Positions 40,642-53,609 of a stretch of DNA of 64,000 nt are shown piece after piece; the first letter of the stretch is position 1; the number at the start of each line of letters is the position of its first letter. Source of the stretch: Eledone cirrhosa (lineage: Eukaryota). Where the stretch lies: assembly GCA_964016885.1 (NCBI GenBank), contig OZ024740.1, positions 144,708,001-144,772,000 of the forward strand. Direction: 5' to 3'. The notes under the pieces are model-generated. The model saw only the letters and a program-made list of their open reading frames with translations. It did not search any database and was not told where the DNA came from. The position numbers and the translations under genes were made by a program.

Positions 40642-40735
40642 ATGAGTGGGCGCCCCAGGACGACATCGTTCGCGGAAGGAGGCAAAGCCGGCGGCGGCCA
40701 GGATTCCCCTTTCTACCGATCCATGCGGACCATAA
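40642..40735 (+). CDS. GSK3B: Glycogen synthase kinase-3 beta (shaggy), first coding exon
   Basis: MSGRPRTTSFAE is identical to the GSK3-beta N-terminus including the Ser9 Akt site. 94 coding nt then a phase-1 donor A|gtaagt at 40736, comparable to vertebrate GSK3B intron 1. A at -3 of the ATG; possible acceptor tttag at 40550. Confidence 0.93.
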
Positions 40736-42917
40736 GTAAGTTAATTACAAAAAGCTATTTTTCTCTTGCATTTCTGCTTGTTCTCTGGCTTTATTGGCAA
40801 TTGTTTGCATGTTTGTTAGTTTTTCATAACTAGTATGTTTTACATTAGTAACTGGGTCACCCTTGAGGATGCTGTTAACATGGCGTTGACCACTCCGACA
40901 CCGTTTTAACATATCATTATTATGTTTCGAGTAAATTTCTTTTCAAGTCCTTATAAAAGAACTGATCTTCAGTTTAGTGAAGTTTTAAATTTCCTTAGGC
41001 ATAACACGATTTACTATACATTTTTCAACAGCAAAGAACGATCAAGTTTATTTTGAATTTTTATCATAACGTATTTTAAATAATTTTTCTTCCTGTCTTC
41101 AGCGTTTATTCCATCTGTAACAGGTTGGAATTTTTTTGACAGGTGCGTTTATCTACCATTTTCTACTTTTAAATTGTAGACAGATAGCTCTTTATGCGAT
41201 TTTAACGAATCAGAAGATAACCATAAAATGATCTTCACTTTGCAGAAGCCATGTCTTTGACACTAACCAAATTTACCATTCCATTTAAAGACACCATTAA
41301 ACTTTAACCTATCACCGGGCGAATTGTCATTCCACTTCCTGTCCGTTTTAACTGAAAGATTTGACAAATTTTCTCAAGTTTTCATTTTGAAACTTGTCAA
41401 TTAATAGATGATACCTTATATATTTGAATTTGGTGTATTAAATTCAAGATATTTTCCACATTAAAGACCGTACATTATTATTATCACCATTATTATTATT
41501 ATTATCATTATTATTATTATTGCGATTGTGTTAGGAAGCGTCAGTTTTTATGTAAAAAATCATTAATATGGTTATCAAAATGCCCGTTCTTGGTGCGGTC
41601 GCAGTTCCCCGCGCACCGATTCTGCGCCATAAGTTTCAGTTTTCTATTAGAAACGTTTTAATTCCCTTGCGGAAGGTATGAGCGTCACAACTTCCCGTTC
41701 CCATATCTTAAAGATTTCATGCATAATTAAATTCTTTTTATTAAAAGCATGTGAGCTGATGCGGAGATTGCCATACTAGATCCTTTATGTTATCCAGATT
41801 GGCCTCTCAATATTTCTGCGTTCAATTTCCGCTGAGGTCAGCTCTGTCTTTTTTAATACCGGGGTCGATGAGGTAATTACCAATAATATGCATATAGGAC
41901 TACTGAATGGCATATGATCAGTTATTTAAAAAAAAGATATTGTGAATAAATTATTATTCCCGTTTATATTTTAATCTCATTTATTTCAACGAACCATCTT
42001 CCACTATATATATATATCAACAATTTCTATACTTTTCATTTATATATATATATATATATAGTGCTTAACTTCGAATCAAAGTTATATACACTATATGTAT
42101 TGTTCGCAAGTGCAATATTTGTCTCTCCAGCTGTCTGTCCTTGATCAATTTTTCCGTTATCTTTATTTCTCTTACATCACATCTAATTACCTCACTCTGA
42201 GACATTTTCTTCGACTATATATATGTATATATATATATACATATGTATGTTTTATTTTGAAAAGCTCTCGTATTTTAATGCATTTTTTCCTTCTATTAGT
42301 TTCATTATTTTTGTCTTAAAAATATTTTTGTACTTCATATATATGTATATATTCATTGTTTTTACGTCCAATTTTCTATGTTGGCATGGGTTGGATGGGA
42401 TGTTTTGAGACTGTTTTAACTGCTGGATACCCTTCCTGAAGCCAACCCTTTTAGTTGCCTCTTACGAGGAGCAGAGATACAATGTATCTATTCTAAAAAC
42501 CGGTATATACAAACGCACCCTTGCTATATATATTTAGTATGAGCATAACATATTTTCAGAGATATTGGATTTAGTCATCTATTGCATATCTCTTGTACTA
42601 AAGGATCATTTTACATTTATAAGGTCGCTAGAAATTAAATCAAGTGAACTTTAATGGTTTTCTTTTTGTGTTATCCAGTAACAGGTTTTTTAGTAGAACA
42701 GTATATTATATTTGGATTAAAAATGGTTATTAATGCGACAAAATTAGAGCCTCAAATATTCAATAATACTATCAAATATTATTTAAGATATTTCAGAGGT
42801 GTTATCCAATAAAATTCAGATATTTAATTGTATGAAAAGTTCAGATTTGATGACAAAAAGAAGAGTGTAGGTATTATAATGATGTTCTACCCTATGATGA
42901 GGCAGAAAATCACTATA

Positions 42918-42958
<41 letters not shown>

Positions 42959-45065
42959 GCACTGACAGATAAATGGGTTGAAATGATCTAAGCTTGACTG
43001 TCAAACTTATATATGTGCATATCCAGTTTCAAATAGGTGCATTGTATCCCTGTATATCATAAGAGGAAACTAAAAAGGTTGGTGTCAAGAAGGGCATTTG
43101 GCTGTAAAATATTTCCTTAAAAAGTCTTGTCCAAACACATGACACAGCATGGAAAAATTCACAAAACAATGATGATGATATTGAAAGCATGATTGTGCTC
43201 CAGTTTGATAATTTCTTGTACCTCTTCATGCTTAGTTTAGAACATGTATTAATGTTTCAAAGCTTTCATGGTTATACCAGTGGCGTATTGGTCACGTGGT
43301 TAGGAGACCGTGAATATATGACATTAATACATTTGAGGATTTAGGAATGCTTCAGTTCCAAGCTAAATGTAAAGAACTAATAAGGAAATACAACAAAAAA
43401 ATTAATGAAGATGATCAAATTAGAGCTCAGTCATGTTTTCAATATCCCCTATTTGAGAAAAAAACCTATTTCCCATATACATGAGGGCATCCAACTATTT
43501 CCCATATACATGAGGGTATCCAACTATAGAAAATTTGCCAAAGAAAGGGTTGGGAAGATTTCAGCTATGCCAAAGACATGACAACTTCCATAGTGTTGGT
43601 GTCATGATAAAATGCTCTCTGTAGAGCACAGGATTGTATATCAGGCCAGTTCACCTGGAGGTCATAAAAACCTTTGCTTGAATACTGACTTGTCTGTGAC
43701 AACATGCGCAGCCCTTGCTAGCAGGGAAAACTGATGTTAAATATAGTAAATAATTATATTTAACTTTATTGTTATTTTATTTACTACTGTTAATGTGATG
43801 TATGGTGTTTCATCCCAGTTTTCCTTGAATATGCTGGTTCTCTGAAAATATTTGAGCTCAGGGCTCTGAAAAATAACAGTATTAATTTATATACAATGTT
43901 TGCAATGGTGAATTGTCAAACATGGAACTAAACAAGGGACACAGTACAGTACCAATCATCATCGTCATCACTGTTTAACATCTATTTACCATGCTTGCAT
44001 GTTAGTTATGAGGTTAGACAGGTGAGGTGACCAGGTCTTGCTCATAAGCTCTATTGTTTTGCCTTCGTTTTCTACAGCTCTATACCCTTCCAAATACATT
44101 TTGCATGAACAGGAAGACTTTTTTCATGACACCAATATGATTACTTTACAAGGTGTCATGGCACCTGCACTTCTATTTTACAGGATGCACTGAGTGTGTT
44201 TTATCATGTCTCCTATGCTACCTCATTTGGATGCTCATATCCTTGGTCCAGCTGGAGAGACAACGACAAGAGTAAGATGAAAAAGCAAGCATCAAGCTAT
44301 ATGTTGCTTGCTAAGGAGGTGATGGCATCCCACAGTGGAAGTGCAATTGTTGTGTCCTGGGGCTGGCCTTGAAGAGAGTGAATTGTGCTCAGCAGTATGT
44401 TATAGAATGTGTCCGGCTTTCCATTCAAAATATTAGTCTTTCAGTGGATAAACTTGACACCTTAATTATTTTGCTAAACAATTTCTCATTTTATTTAATG
44501 ATAATTGTATCAAGATACAATATTTAGTTTGCTTGACACTCATTGCAATTAGATGTGTCATCCAATTGAAATATATCTGCTTTTACTGGTAATTTAACCC
44601 TTTTCTCTTTATTAGATTTTATTTTTTAAATACATGGAAAATATAATATACTTTGTTCCCTAAGATATGATTTGTTTAATAAAATAACTATAACACATTG
44701 TCTTTTTTCTAATCTCTCTGGAACCGGTTTCATTCTTTATTTCACAATATTATATTTCTGTGCTAAAACAAGCATCTATAATATATAAAGTAATTTCACC
44801 TCTCTTATTTTGTTTCTGCTTAAACTATGGCAGTTAACTGTTATAAACTTTATTAATAGGTTTTTGTTTTCTAAATTTCTTTAATTATATAATACATGAT
44901 GATGATGAAGACAGTCCTATTATAGATTATAACTCTTTAGCGCAGGATGCAACTCTGTACTTTTCATGTTTCACTGTGATGCTGTAATATTGACAGAGAT
45001 GATCCTTAAGACTGTCTATGATATCAAAGCAAGATTAAATTAGTTGATATACATTGTAATAATTA

Positions 45066-45675
45066 GCACAAGGCAGGCAGTCTGGGGGAAGAGGAAAGTC
45101 AATTGTACTGACCCAGTACTTAACTGGTACATTATTTTATCAACCCAAGAAAGATGAAAGTGGAGGCACATGGCCTAGTGATAATGGTGTTGGACTTTTG
45201 ATCAAAATGTCATGGGTTCGATTCCTGGTTTGGATTATATGTTGTTCTTCGTGTTGCTCCAATATACTCAGCGGAAAATGAGTACTAGCAATAGCTTGGG
45301 ATTTAACCCTGCAATGGTGTTAGGAAGGGCATCCAGCTGTAGAAATCAAGCCAAAATCAGTTCTGTTTGAGCAAGACATAGTCACCTCACCTGGCAATGC
45401 CCACAACAGGATAACTCGTCTAACCCATGCTAGCATGAAAAAATAGATGTAAAACAGTGATGATGAATGGACTGGTGGTTTGTCCAGGGAAAGTCTTGTA
45501 CTCTCAGTTCTTTTATGCCACAGAAACTAGGCTAAGCACCGACCTGATGAGCCTCCAGGTTCAAGACAGACTTTAAACTTTTAGAAAGATGAAAGACAGA
45601 GTTGACTCAGCAGGATTTGAACTCAGAATGTAGAAAGTCATAAAGGATTCTATTCAACACTAATGATTCTGTCAA
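45066..45675. mobile_element. Nested SINE A (-) > CORE SINE (+) > RTE tail (+)
   Basis: CORE SINE 45161-45582 flanked by TSD agaaagatgaaag (45148-45160 / 45583-45595). RTE tail 45318-45465 flanked by aatgg. Confidence 0.78.
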
Positions 45676-46215
45676 TATCAACAATGAATTAAAAGAATGA
45701 CAATTAGATGTTAAAGAGACAGTGTAACAGTGCAGAGCCATCAATGCTTTCAGCACAGAAGTGATTGTTTCATTGAAAAAATAATTGCTTAATTCATATC
45801 TTAAGTTGCATGCAACTAAACTTCTATAGAATTATCTGTAGTAAAAGCTCGTATATGACTATTACCACAATTACTTTGACGGTTGAATTATTAATATTGT
45901 TGCTATCCTTGCTTTTCCATATCAGACCTAGTTTTTCACAAATTGCAATTCCATATTAGTTTAGTTCATAAAATCTATATACATTCACTATTAGAAATTT
46001 TATTTGCTTCAGATTCTGACACTCTTTACAATTTATGACAGGCTGTGTACATAACCTTTGAGCCACAAACCATATAATATGACACAACAGGGTCTATTTA
46101 GTTGGTACATTAATCCAAGTAAGCATCTGAATATCTCTTAGCCCCCTCAAATTTTTCAAGGAATACTTTATTGACCCCGGAAGGATGAAAGACTGTTGAC
46201 TTCTGGGATTGATAT

Positions 46216-46430
46216 TTAACCCTTTAATGTTCAAACCGGCCAAAACCAGTCAGAATTCTCTACCTTTTTCTGTTGAAACTGGCTATAACTGGTCACTCAA
46301 ACTGATGTTCAGGTATTGTTCTCAAAATAAATACTTTCAAAATCTCATAGATTCGATATTATGTGAGATAAAGCATTTACCATGAAAATATAATAGTATA
46401 TATAGAGTAATGTGAATGCTAAAGGGTTAA
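46216..46430. mobile_element. Intact TTAA-flanked MITE (family 1), piggyBac-like termini
   Basis: ttaa-cccttta...taaaggg-ttaa; interrupts a SINE A remnant. Confidence 0.82.
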
Positions 46431-46724
46431 ACAGGGAGTTGAAACAAATGTTGCAAGACACTATATCTGATTTCACTGATTTGCTGTCATCAATAACCCT
46501 GTAATATTAGGCATGGTAGTCTTAGATATACAAAAAAGACGATATGTTCTTGGCTGAAGATCCTTTGCTCATAGGTCTGCTTGGTCAGGGTGACCAGAGG
46601 CTAGACAATTACAAATAGTGTGGTGCCTTACCATTTGATTAAGAAAACCTGACTGAGCTTCTATATGGTTGCTTGAAATAGTAGCCAAATCTGCCTTAAA
46701 AAAATTACACCTATCTTAAATGAT

Positions 46725-47060
46725 GAAGGCACATGGCTTAGTGGTTAGAGCATTGGCCTTGCAATCGAAAGGTTGTGAGTTCAATTCTCAGACCAAGTGA
46801 TGTGTTGTTTCCTTGAGCAAGACACTATTTTTAATTGCTCCTGTTTACTCAGCTGTAGAAATGAGATGATAGGGACTGGGGTCCATATCATTCCACTGCA
46901 AAGTGGTCGTGGAGGTGCCACGGCAAAAAAGCACCCAGCACTCACTGTAAATGAGGTTGGTGTTAGGAAGGGCATCCAGCTGTAGAAATCAAACCAGAAT
47001 CGGTTCCCGTCCCACCCTTGCAAGCAGGGAAAAGCGGACGTAAAATGATGATGATGATGA
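46725..47060 (+). mobile_element. Young composite SINE family B
   Basis: A box tggcttagtgg, B box gagttcaattc, CORE-like ttgagcaagacact...ctcagctgtagaaatgag, RTE 3' UTR, (atg)n tail. Confidence 0.88.
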
Positions 47061-48890
47061 AATAAAAGAAGGAGACGTTAGATAATGTAGTCCAAATTAC
47101 CTCTAACAAGACAGAATGGTTATGGCTGGAACGTTTTTGATGGTGGGTCAGCTCAATCAGGGTTAATCTGGTACTAAACAACAGTTATTACAAACACAAG
47201 TGAATGAAGAATCCTCTACAGTGTTGTTCAACCTGCTGAAGATAGCCATCAAATCTACCTCTTCACACCCTACTCTCTTCGAAAAGGGAAGAACACATTA
47301 GATAATGTACACCTAGATACACTTTGAAAAGAAACAATGGTCATGGCAAGAATGCTTTTGATCATAGGTCAGCTTGATCAAGGTTGATCTGAAACTAAAC
47401 AACAGCAATTATTGAAAACACTATCTTACAAAGATTTTCTTTGCCATCCATCAAATCTTGAATAAATAACTGCAATATCAAGTGTTTTACTAGGTCCAAA
47501 ATTTGTGTTTGATGTCAACTAGATCAAATATATTCTGAAAAATTAACCATTCTATATTGGTTGGTTTCACTTCTCATGCTTCAGCTGTAATTTCTGGTGT
47601 TTCTTTTTAGCATACAAAGGTGGGCTTTGATATAAAACAGTCTTCTAATTAGATAGCTTAACAATATATGGATTGTACCAAACAAGATTGCTGTGTGACA
47701 TAACTGACATTAGCCCCATGAATTACTCCAATATGTTGGGTCATAACCATAAAAAAATTATCCTTTTTCTTTTAAATAACACAAAAAGAAAACCCCAAAA
47801 CAAGCAATTTTGTATATTTCTATTGCAAAAATAGCTTTTAAGCAGTTTTTATTCAACAGATTTTATTAATTCCAATACATTTGTGAATTAATGAATTTTG
47901 CATTTCTTTCATAACTCTCAACAATTACAGTTTTAGTACTTCCAAAGATACTTGTTCCACTAGGGTGCAGATTATTTTCATTACAAGTTATGTTTATTCT
48001 AATGTATGTGGGTACTGTAAGTATTCAGAGACCAAGTCTGTGATGCAATTTTGATTCTTGTTACATGACATTCTTATTTTGCTCATATGAGTTCAGCTTC
48101 AGTCAATAACCAAGAAAGTTTATCTTTTGACTTGCTTTGCTTTTCCATGCTAGCATGGGTTGGATGGATAACTATTGTTTGAAATGTTTCGTATTCAGAG
48201 TTACCACTCTCCTAGACAGGTTGGGGACCACATCTCATTTGTACATTACATGTTTTGGCATAGTTTCTACAGCTAGATACGCTCTCTATCATCAACTGCT
48301 TTACAGAGTGTACTGGGTGCATTATTGTGCCACTAGTACTAGTGTTTTTCTCCCTAGCAAGACTAATCCTCCTTATCCTACTCTGTTTCTGATTGTTCAT
48401 GAGCACCACAGAGGTTATCTTGCCCTCAGCAAGGCAATACGGTATCTCTCTCTTCCCAGCTTTGTCTCTGTTTCTTTCTTTTACATTACTAGGTGGGACA
48501 AGAGCTAGAACGAGGGAATGATGGAAGACAAAAGAAAGCTTGATACACAAGCTACATGATGATTGTTGGTAAAGAGATTGAATAAAAACATGAATGAAGG
48601 AGATTTAGGTCTAAATATAAAACCTCCTAGCTTCTTGATCACATTAAAAAATTGTGCTGAGGCAATGGGGAAAGAAATAGTGATAGGCGAAAGACAAGTT
48701 GCTGTATGTCAATAATGAGAGTTAGAGAATAGGGTGAGGGATTGATGTCTAGCAGTATAGAAAGGTGGAGGCGAGTGAAATATAGACAGATCCAATGTCA
48801 TTACACTAGTGGATGATGGGAAGAAAGTGAAATACGTGAGACACTGATAAGAGGAATAAATTCTATTTGAGAGAATAAGGGAGAGAGTAA

Positions 48891-49970
48891 TCTATATATA
48901 TAAAACTGTGGTTGTCTGTCTGTCTATCGATTTTTGGCACACATCTCCTCTTAGAATCTCTCACGGAATTGCACCGAAATTGCTATACTTGTACATTGAG
49001 CCCTAGCGAAGACATCGGAAAAAAAATATTTCAAATTGATCCGCCCTATCTGACGAAATCGAATATAATGTATCGATTTTTGAGCGTAAGTGATCAGTTA
49101 TTTCCCTTTGTTCTGTTTACATTGAGCGTCTGCGTGCAAAAATTAAAAAAATTACGCTGGCTTTCTCAGCGTTTAAAATGACATTAACACACTGCAAAAT
49201 TCATCAGTTCGAACACTAAGCTTCGTTTTGCTTCATTTCCATTTAAAAGCCTTTTAAAACAATATTTTTACTTGAAAACAAGTCTATTTAAAGACTACGT
49301 AAAACAAGCAAATATTTCGTAAAAAAAAGCAAAAATTATATAAGTTTATTTAAAATATATGTATCTGTAAATTTCGTTAGGCGTGCAGACAGACTTTAAG
49401 CAAAAAAAGAAACTTAACATTGTAACTTTAACACAGCTACTGAGCGACCCCGAGCAACGCCGGGCTGTATCTGTAAATTTCGTTAGGCGTGCAGACAGAC
49501 AGTCGTGCAGACAGATAGTCGTGCAGAGAGGTGATATACGCGTGCAGACAGACAGTCGTGCAGAGAGGTGATATACGCGTGCAGACAGACAGTCGTGCAG
49601 AGAGGTGATATAGGCGTGCAGACAGACAGTCGTGCAGAGAGGTGATATAGGCGTGCAGACAGACATAACTGATAATTTGGTTACGCTAATGTTTTTCTCT
49701 GCGTTGCAGTGTTTACATTTTCGATCTTTGTTAATAAATAACCAGTGCAGTTTCTATCCCCAGCATCCTCTTTTGTTATAACATTCGGGTTATCGTTATG
49801 TTTTCTTAACTTCATAAGGCATATTGTTGGTTGAGGGAATATTAATCAAAAACACCACATGCAAGTCTGCACAGTAGACACTACAGTTTTTAAGCCAAAA
49901 AAGAAACTTAACATTGTAACTTTAACACAGCTACTGAGCGACCCCGAGCAACGCCGGGCTTTACTGCTAG
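48891..49970 (+). mobile_element. Non-autonomous Helitron
   Basis: Starts a|TCtatatatataaa and ends CTAG|t with no TSD; subterminal hairpin cccgagcaacgccggg; CpG-rich relative to flanks. Confidence 0.88.
49487..49664. repeat. ~36-bp minisatellite inside the Helitron
   Basis: Repeated gcgtgcagacagacagtcgtgcagagaggtgatata. Confidence 0.9.
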
Positions 49971-50069
49971 TAGATAATAAAGATGGTCAGTGGTAGTGAG
50001 ACTTAATATGAACAATGGGTTAAGAGAGACCCAAATATAGATATACATCCAAACCTCCTTCACAACTAG

Positions 50070-51210
50070 TCATTTTTACAGCTGTTTTTTCTCTGCTTGC
50101 ATTGGTTTGATAGGTCTTCTCCAGCACAACTTTTTGTCATTTGTCGTGGTCTTTTCAATCACTCGATATCAGTTTTTACAACTGCTTCAAAATGTCTTCA
50201 GCCTCATTCAACAGGTTCCATGGAGATTGGCACTTCTATATACAACTGACATTTCCCACATGCATCATATCTCCAATACCAATGCAGGCTACACTCTTGC
50301 ACACTACATTTAATTCCAGTTTTTCTCTCATTTGTGCTCTGATGTTTAGGCACACTAACATTACATGTCCATTGGAGCAGGCTAGTTTCATTTCTTTCCA
50401 ACCTTCACAAATCGTCTGCATTCAATGCACATGTTTTGCTACCATGTAGTTTGTACACTAGCATCATGCAATCTGTTCTTCACTCTGAGATAGAAGCCTT
50501 TTATTACCGAGAGAGGTAATAACTTCTTGAACTTTTTCCTCATTTTTACTGACAATTATTTCAGAATATCCACCTCCACTCCTAATTATCAACTACTTTT
50601 AATGAATCATCCAAACATTAGAAGGATCCTGTGTATTTGCCACATATAACGACCACCTTCTCTGTCATTCTGCTTGTGATCCCACTACTCTTCTTATTTG
50701 TCCATAATTTACATTAATTACACCACATGGAATTCCTACCTGTTCCTTTTGCATATTGAGCACTTCCTTGGTGGCCTGGAGGCCTATAATAGACAAGAGG
50801 AGATTAAAAACTGCACTTTGATGTATACCCACCTGCATGTTATATTCTTTGCTGAATTCATTGCTCTTATCTTGTTGATGGCAGCTCTGCATGCCTCTCA
50901 CAAACCATCTGTTCCTATTTTTTTTAGTGATCATGAAACTATAGAGTATCAAACCCTGTAAAAAACCTCCAGATTCACAAATGCTTGGTAGCAGGTTCCT
51001 AGCTAAGTACTATAGTTGTCTCATTAGGAAGAGGACATCAGTGGTACTCTGTTTAGGCAAAAAACTGAACTATTTTCATCTAGGCTAATTCTTTTCCTAA
51101 TCACTTTAATAATCTGGCCCAGTTTGATGTCTCTAAAGTTGCCTCTCTAGAGCATCTCTTTTGTCTTTGTAGTAGCTAATAATGATGCTATTACACTAGT
51201 CATTGGGTGT
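50070..51210 (-). mobile_element. Decayed RTE LINE fragment
   Basis: VGIHQSAVFNLLL and MERNETSLLQWTCNVS-like remnants plus RTE tail. Confidence 0.65.
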
Positions 51211-51909
51211 AACATTTTATTTGTGCCATTCTATAATAATTCAGTTGTATTAATTTAATGGAAGTGTTGAGAGAGCTGCTTTCAATTCCTAAATTTCTAT
51301 ATTTCATTCTTTCAGATATTTAATTGTATATTCACAAACACGTACACTTATATGTCAGATCACTTGTGAGCGCTTCTGGTAAACTGTAATCAAGTACAAC
51401 CTGTTACATAGTCAGGTTATCAGCAATTAAACTGGCACCTTCACCAGGCTAGCTTGGTGAGGAGGGTTGTTAGAAACCCATCAAGGCAAATAACAAGATT
51501 TGTTAATAGGATGAATGATCTCAGGATAGAGTCAATACCTATATCTCACAACAATTAGGGTAAGCAGTTATTACTATGGAAAATTTCCAGAAGAGTTCCT
51601 CATGGAAATTTGTGTCCTATACTATCAAAGCAGGACTAAACCTGTTAAAAAAATCTCAACCAGCAGGTGGTTTGATACATTACATTACATATGTCATCTT
51701 ATGCATTCCAGTTTGTGTCTACAAATCAGTTAGACATATGTTTGATATCATTAGACAAACTTAGGAAAGGGGAACCTCATATAGGATTTGGACTGTGATG
51801 GTAAGGAAGATCAGCAGCAGTTTGTTTGGGTTTTGCATCCTTTTGTTTCTGGCATATGACACTGGGTGACAGTTCAGGTTATACAATTAAGAAGAGTCTA
51901 GTCTTCCAT

Positions 51910-52093
51910 ATCCGGCCAGAATTCTCTCACCTCTTTCAGTTCAAACCAGCTGTAACCAGCAAACTTATACTTATGTAAAGGTATTGTTCTCAAAATAAAT
52001 AATATCAAAATCTCATAGAATCGATATTATGTGAGGTAAAGTCTTTATTATGAAAATACAATAGTATATATAATGTAAATGTTAAAGGGTTAA
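51910..52093. mobile_element. TTAA MITE family 1 (left end missing)
   Basis: Matches 4480-4609 and ends aaagggttaa. Confidence 0.75.
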
Positions 52094-52214
52094 ATTCTTT
52101 GTGCATTTTTATTCAGTTCAGTAACAACGCTTTTTGTAGGTACTGAGCATTCATGCATCATTATTAATGAGAGTCTATCATCATATACACACACTGATAT
52201 TATCATATATATTG

Positions 52215-52790
52215 TCATCATTTATACATATATTTTTCTGTGCTTGCATGGGTTGGACATGTTTTCTCCAGTATTTGTCCCACCTCTTGTCATTTCTCTT
52301 ATCATTTTTCTGAGGTTCAGCACCCTGAGATCACAGTTCACTTCTTGTGTATTCCCTGGCATTTCTCTTCTACATTTTCTGTCCACTTGGATTGTTTGGC
52401 ATTTTTCTTTTTGCCTAGCTGTCATCATCCATATGCCTTATGTGTTTGTAACAGTGTAGTCTCCTTTATTGAACACTGTCTGATCCTCTTATACCTTTTT
52501 TTTCTCAGGTCATTTGTGCTCTGCCTTTCATATGCACTTCCATTACACATTCTTTGGAGCACTTTCACTGCTTTTCTTTCCAGTCTGTGCACATCCTTTG
52601 TATTCAATGCTCCTATTTGTATAGAAAAAGTATACTGTTTGCACTTCATTTGGAGAGAGAATCCATTTTTTGTTTTCTTATTCTGGTTGCTACTATGCTT
52701 TCAGAGCATTCATCACTACTGCTAATTATATTATCTAGGTAACAAGCAATGAACTATTTCTATGGAGCCTTTCAAGCATTTGAAAGAATT
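52215..52790 (-). mobile_element. Decayed RTE 3' fragment
   Basis: DVHRLERKAVKVLQRMCNGSAYERQS similar to 13783-14118. Confidence 0.6.
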
Positions 52791-53609
52791 TATTTCATGG
52801 GTACTTTTACTTTTAACTATGATATATGAAATCTTTTTTTTTTTCTGTTAGCTTGCCTATGATCCCAAATTCATAGTTTACATATGGACTTTTTGCCTAC
52901 TCCTCTACACATTGAGCATGGCTACTTCACTTGCCAAATGGCAGTAGAGTCCACTCTTCTTTTTTGTTAACTAAAGTTTTAATCTTTGTTAAGTATATTT
53001 TGATTCTAAATTTTGCTTCCACATTTGTAATTTCTTCTGTATAGTTAATGTTCCAATGACCTGAGAGTCTTAAACTCCTTTGTTACGAAAGAAAAAAAAT
53101 GAAATGAAATTTACAGTCCACACATAAGCATGTTTAGTTGGCCTCCCTTGAGATGGCATTGCATAGAATTTTTTTAGGTGTTTTAATGATGAGGATTCCA
53201 CTCCTATCATGAAAAGCAATGTGAAATGAAGCAACTTTCTCAAGAACACGTGTCACCCTGTTGTAATCTCTCTTCATACCTATTCACTTTCATCTTTTTT
53301 TCTATACATAACCCAGCCTATCACTGGCTCTATTCCCACCATCCTCTGCAATTCATTGTCTTCTCTCTCAGCAATGCTCTGCTCTGATATTCTTTTTCAT
53401 GCTTTTTGCCACCATACATTCCTTCCACCTATTCATATTTTCCTTCAGTCCATCTATACTCTCAGCTATTAACACCTGATCATTGCAGCAACTCCAATGG
53501 TAAATTCTTCTCTATGCTTTGGACCAACATCTCTATCTCAATTGCAAAGTGTAGCGGGATTAGTATTGACTCCAGATTTTCTTTTTAAACTCATCTGAAG
53601 TATGGTAGT

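Noticed and set aside
40627-40833. 68-aa ORF as a complete protein or N-terminally extended GSK3
   Set aside because: The true start is the ATG at 40642; in-frame stops lie just upstream, and the 3' half is intron read-through past the gtaagt donor.
43476-43537. 29-bp tandem duplication ctatttcccatatacatgaggg(c/t)atccaa
   Set aside because: Two copies only; ordinary slippage duplication.
45544-45580. ctgatgag as a hammerhead ribozyme core
   Set aside because: No correctly placed GAAA or stem II; part of the CORE SINE tail.
46725-46795. tRNA gene
   Set aside because: tRNA-like head continues into CORE and RTE-tail sequence in three copies; it is a SINE.
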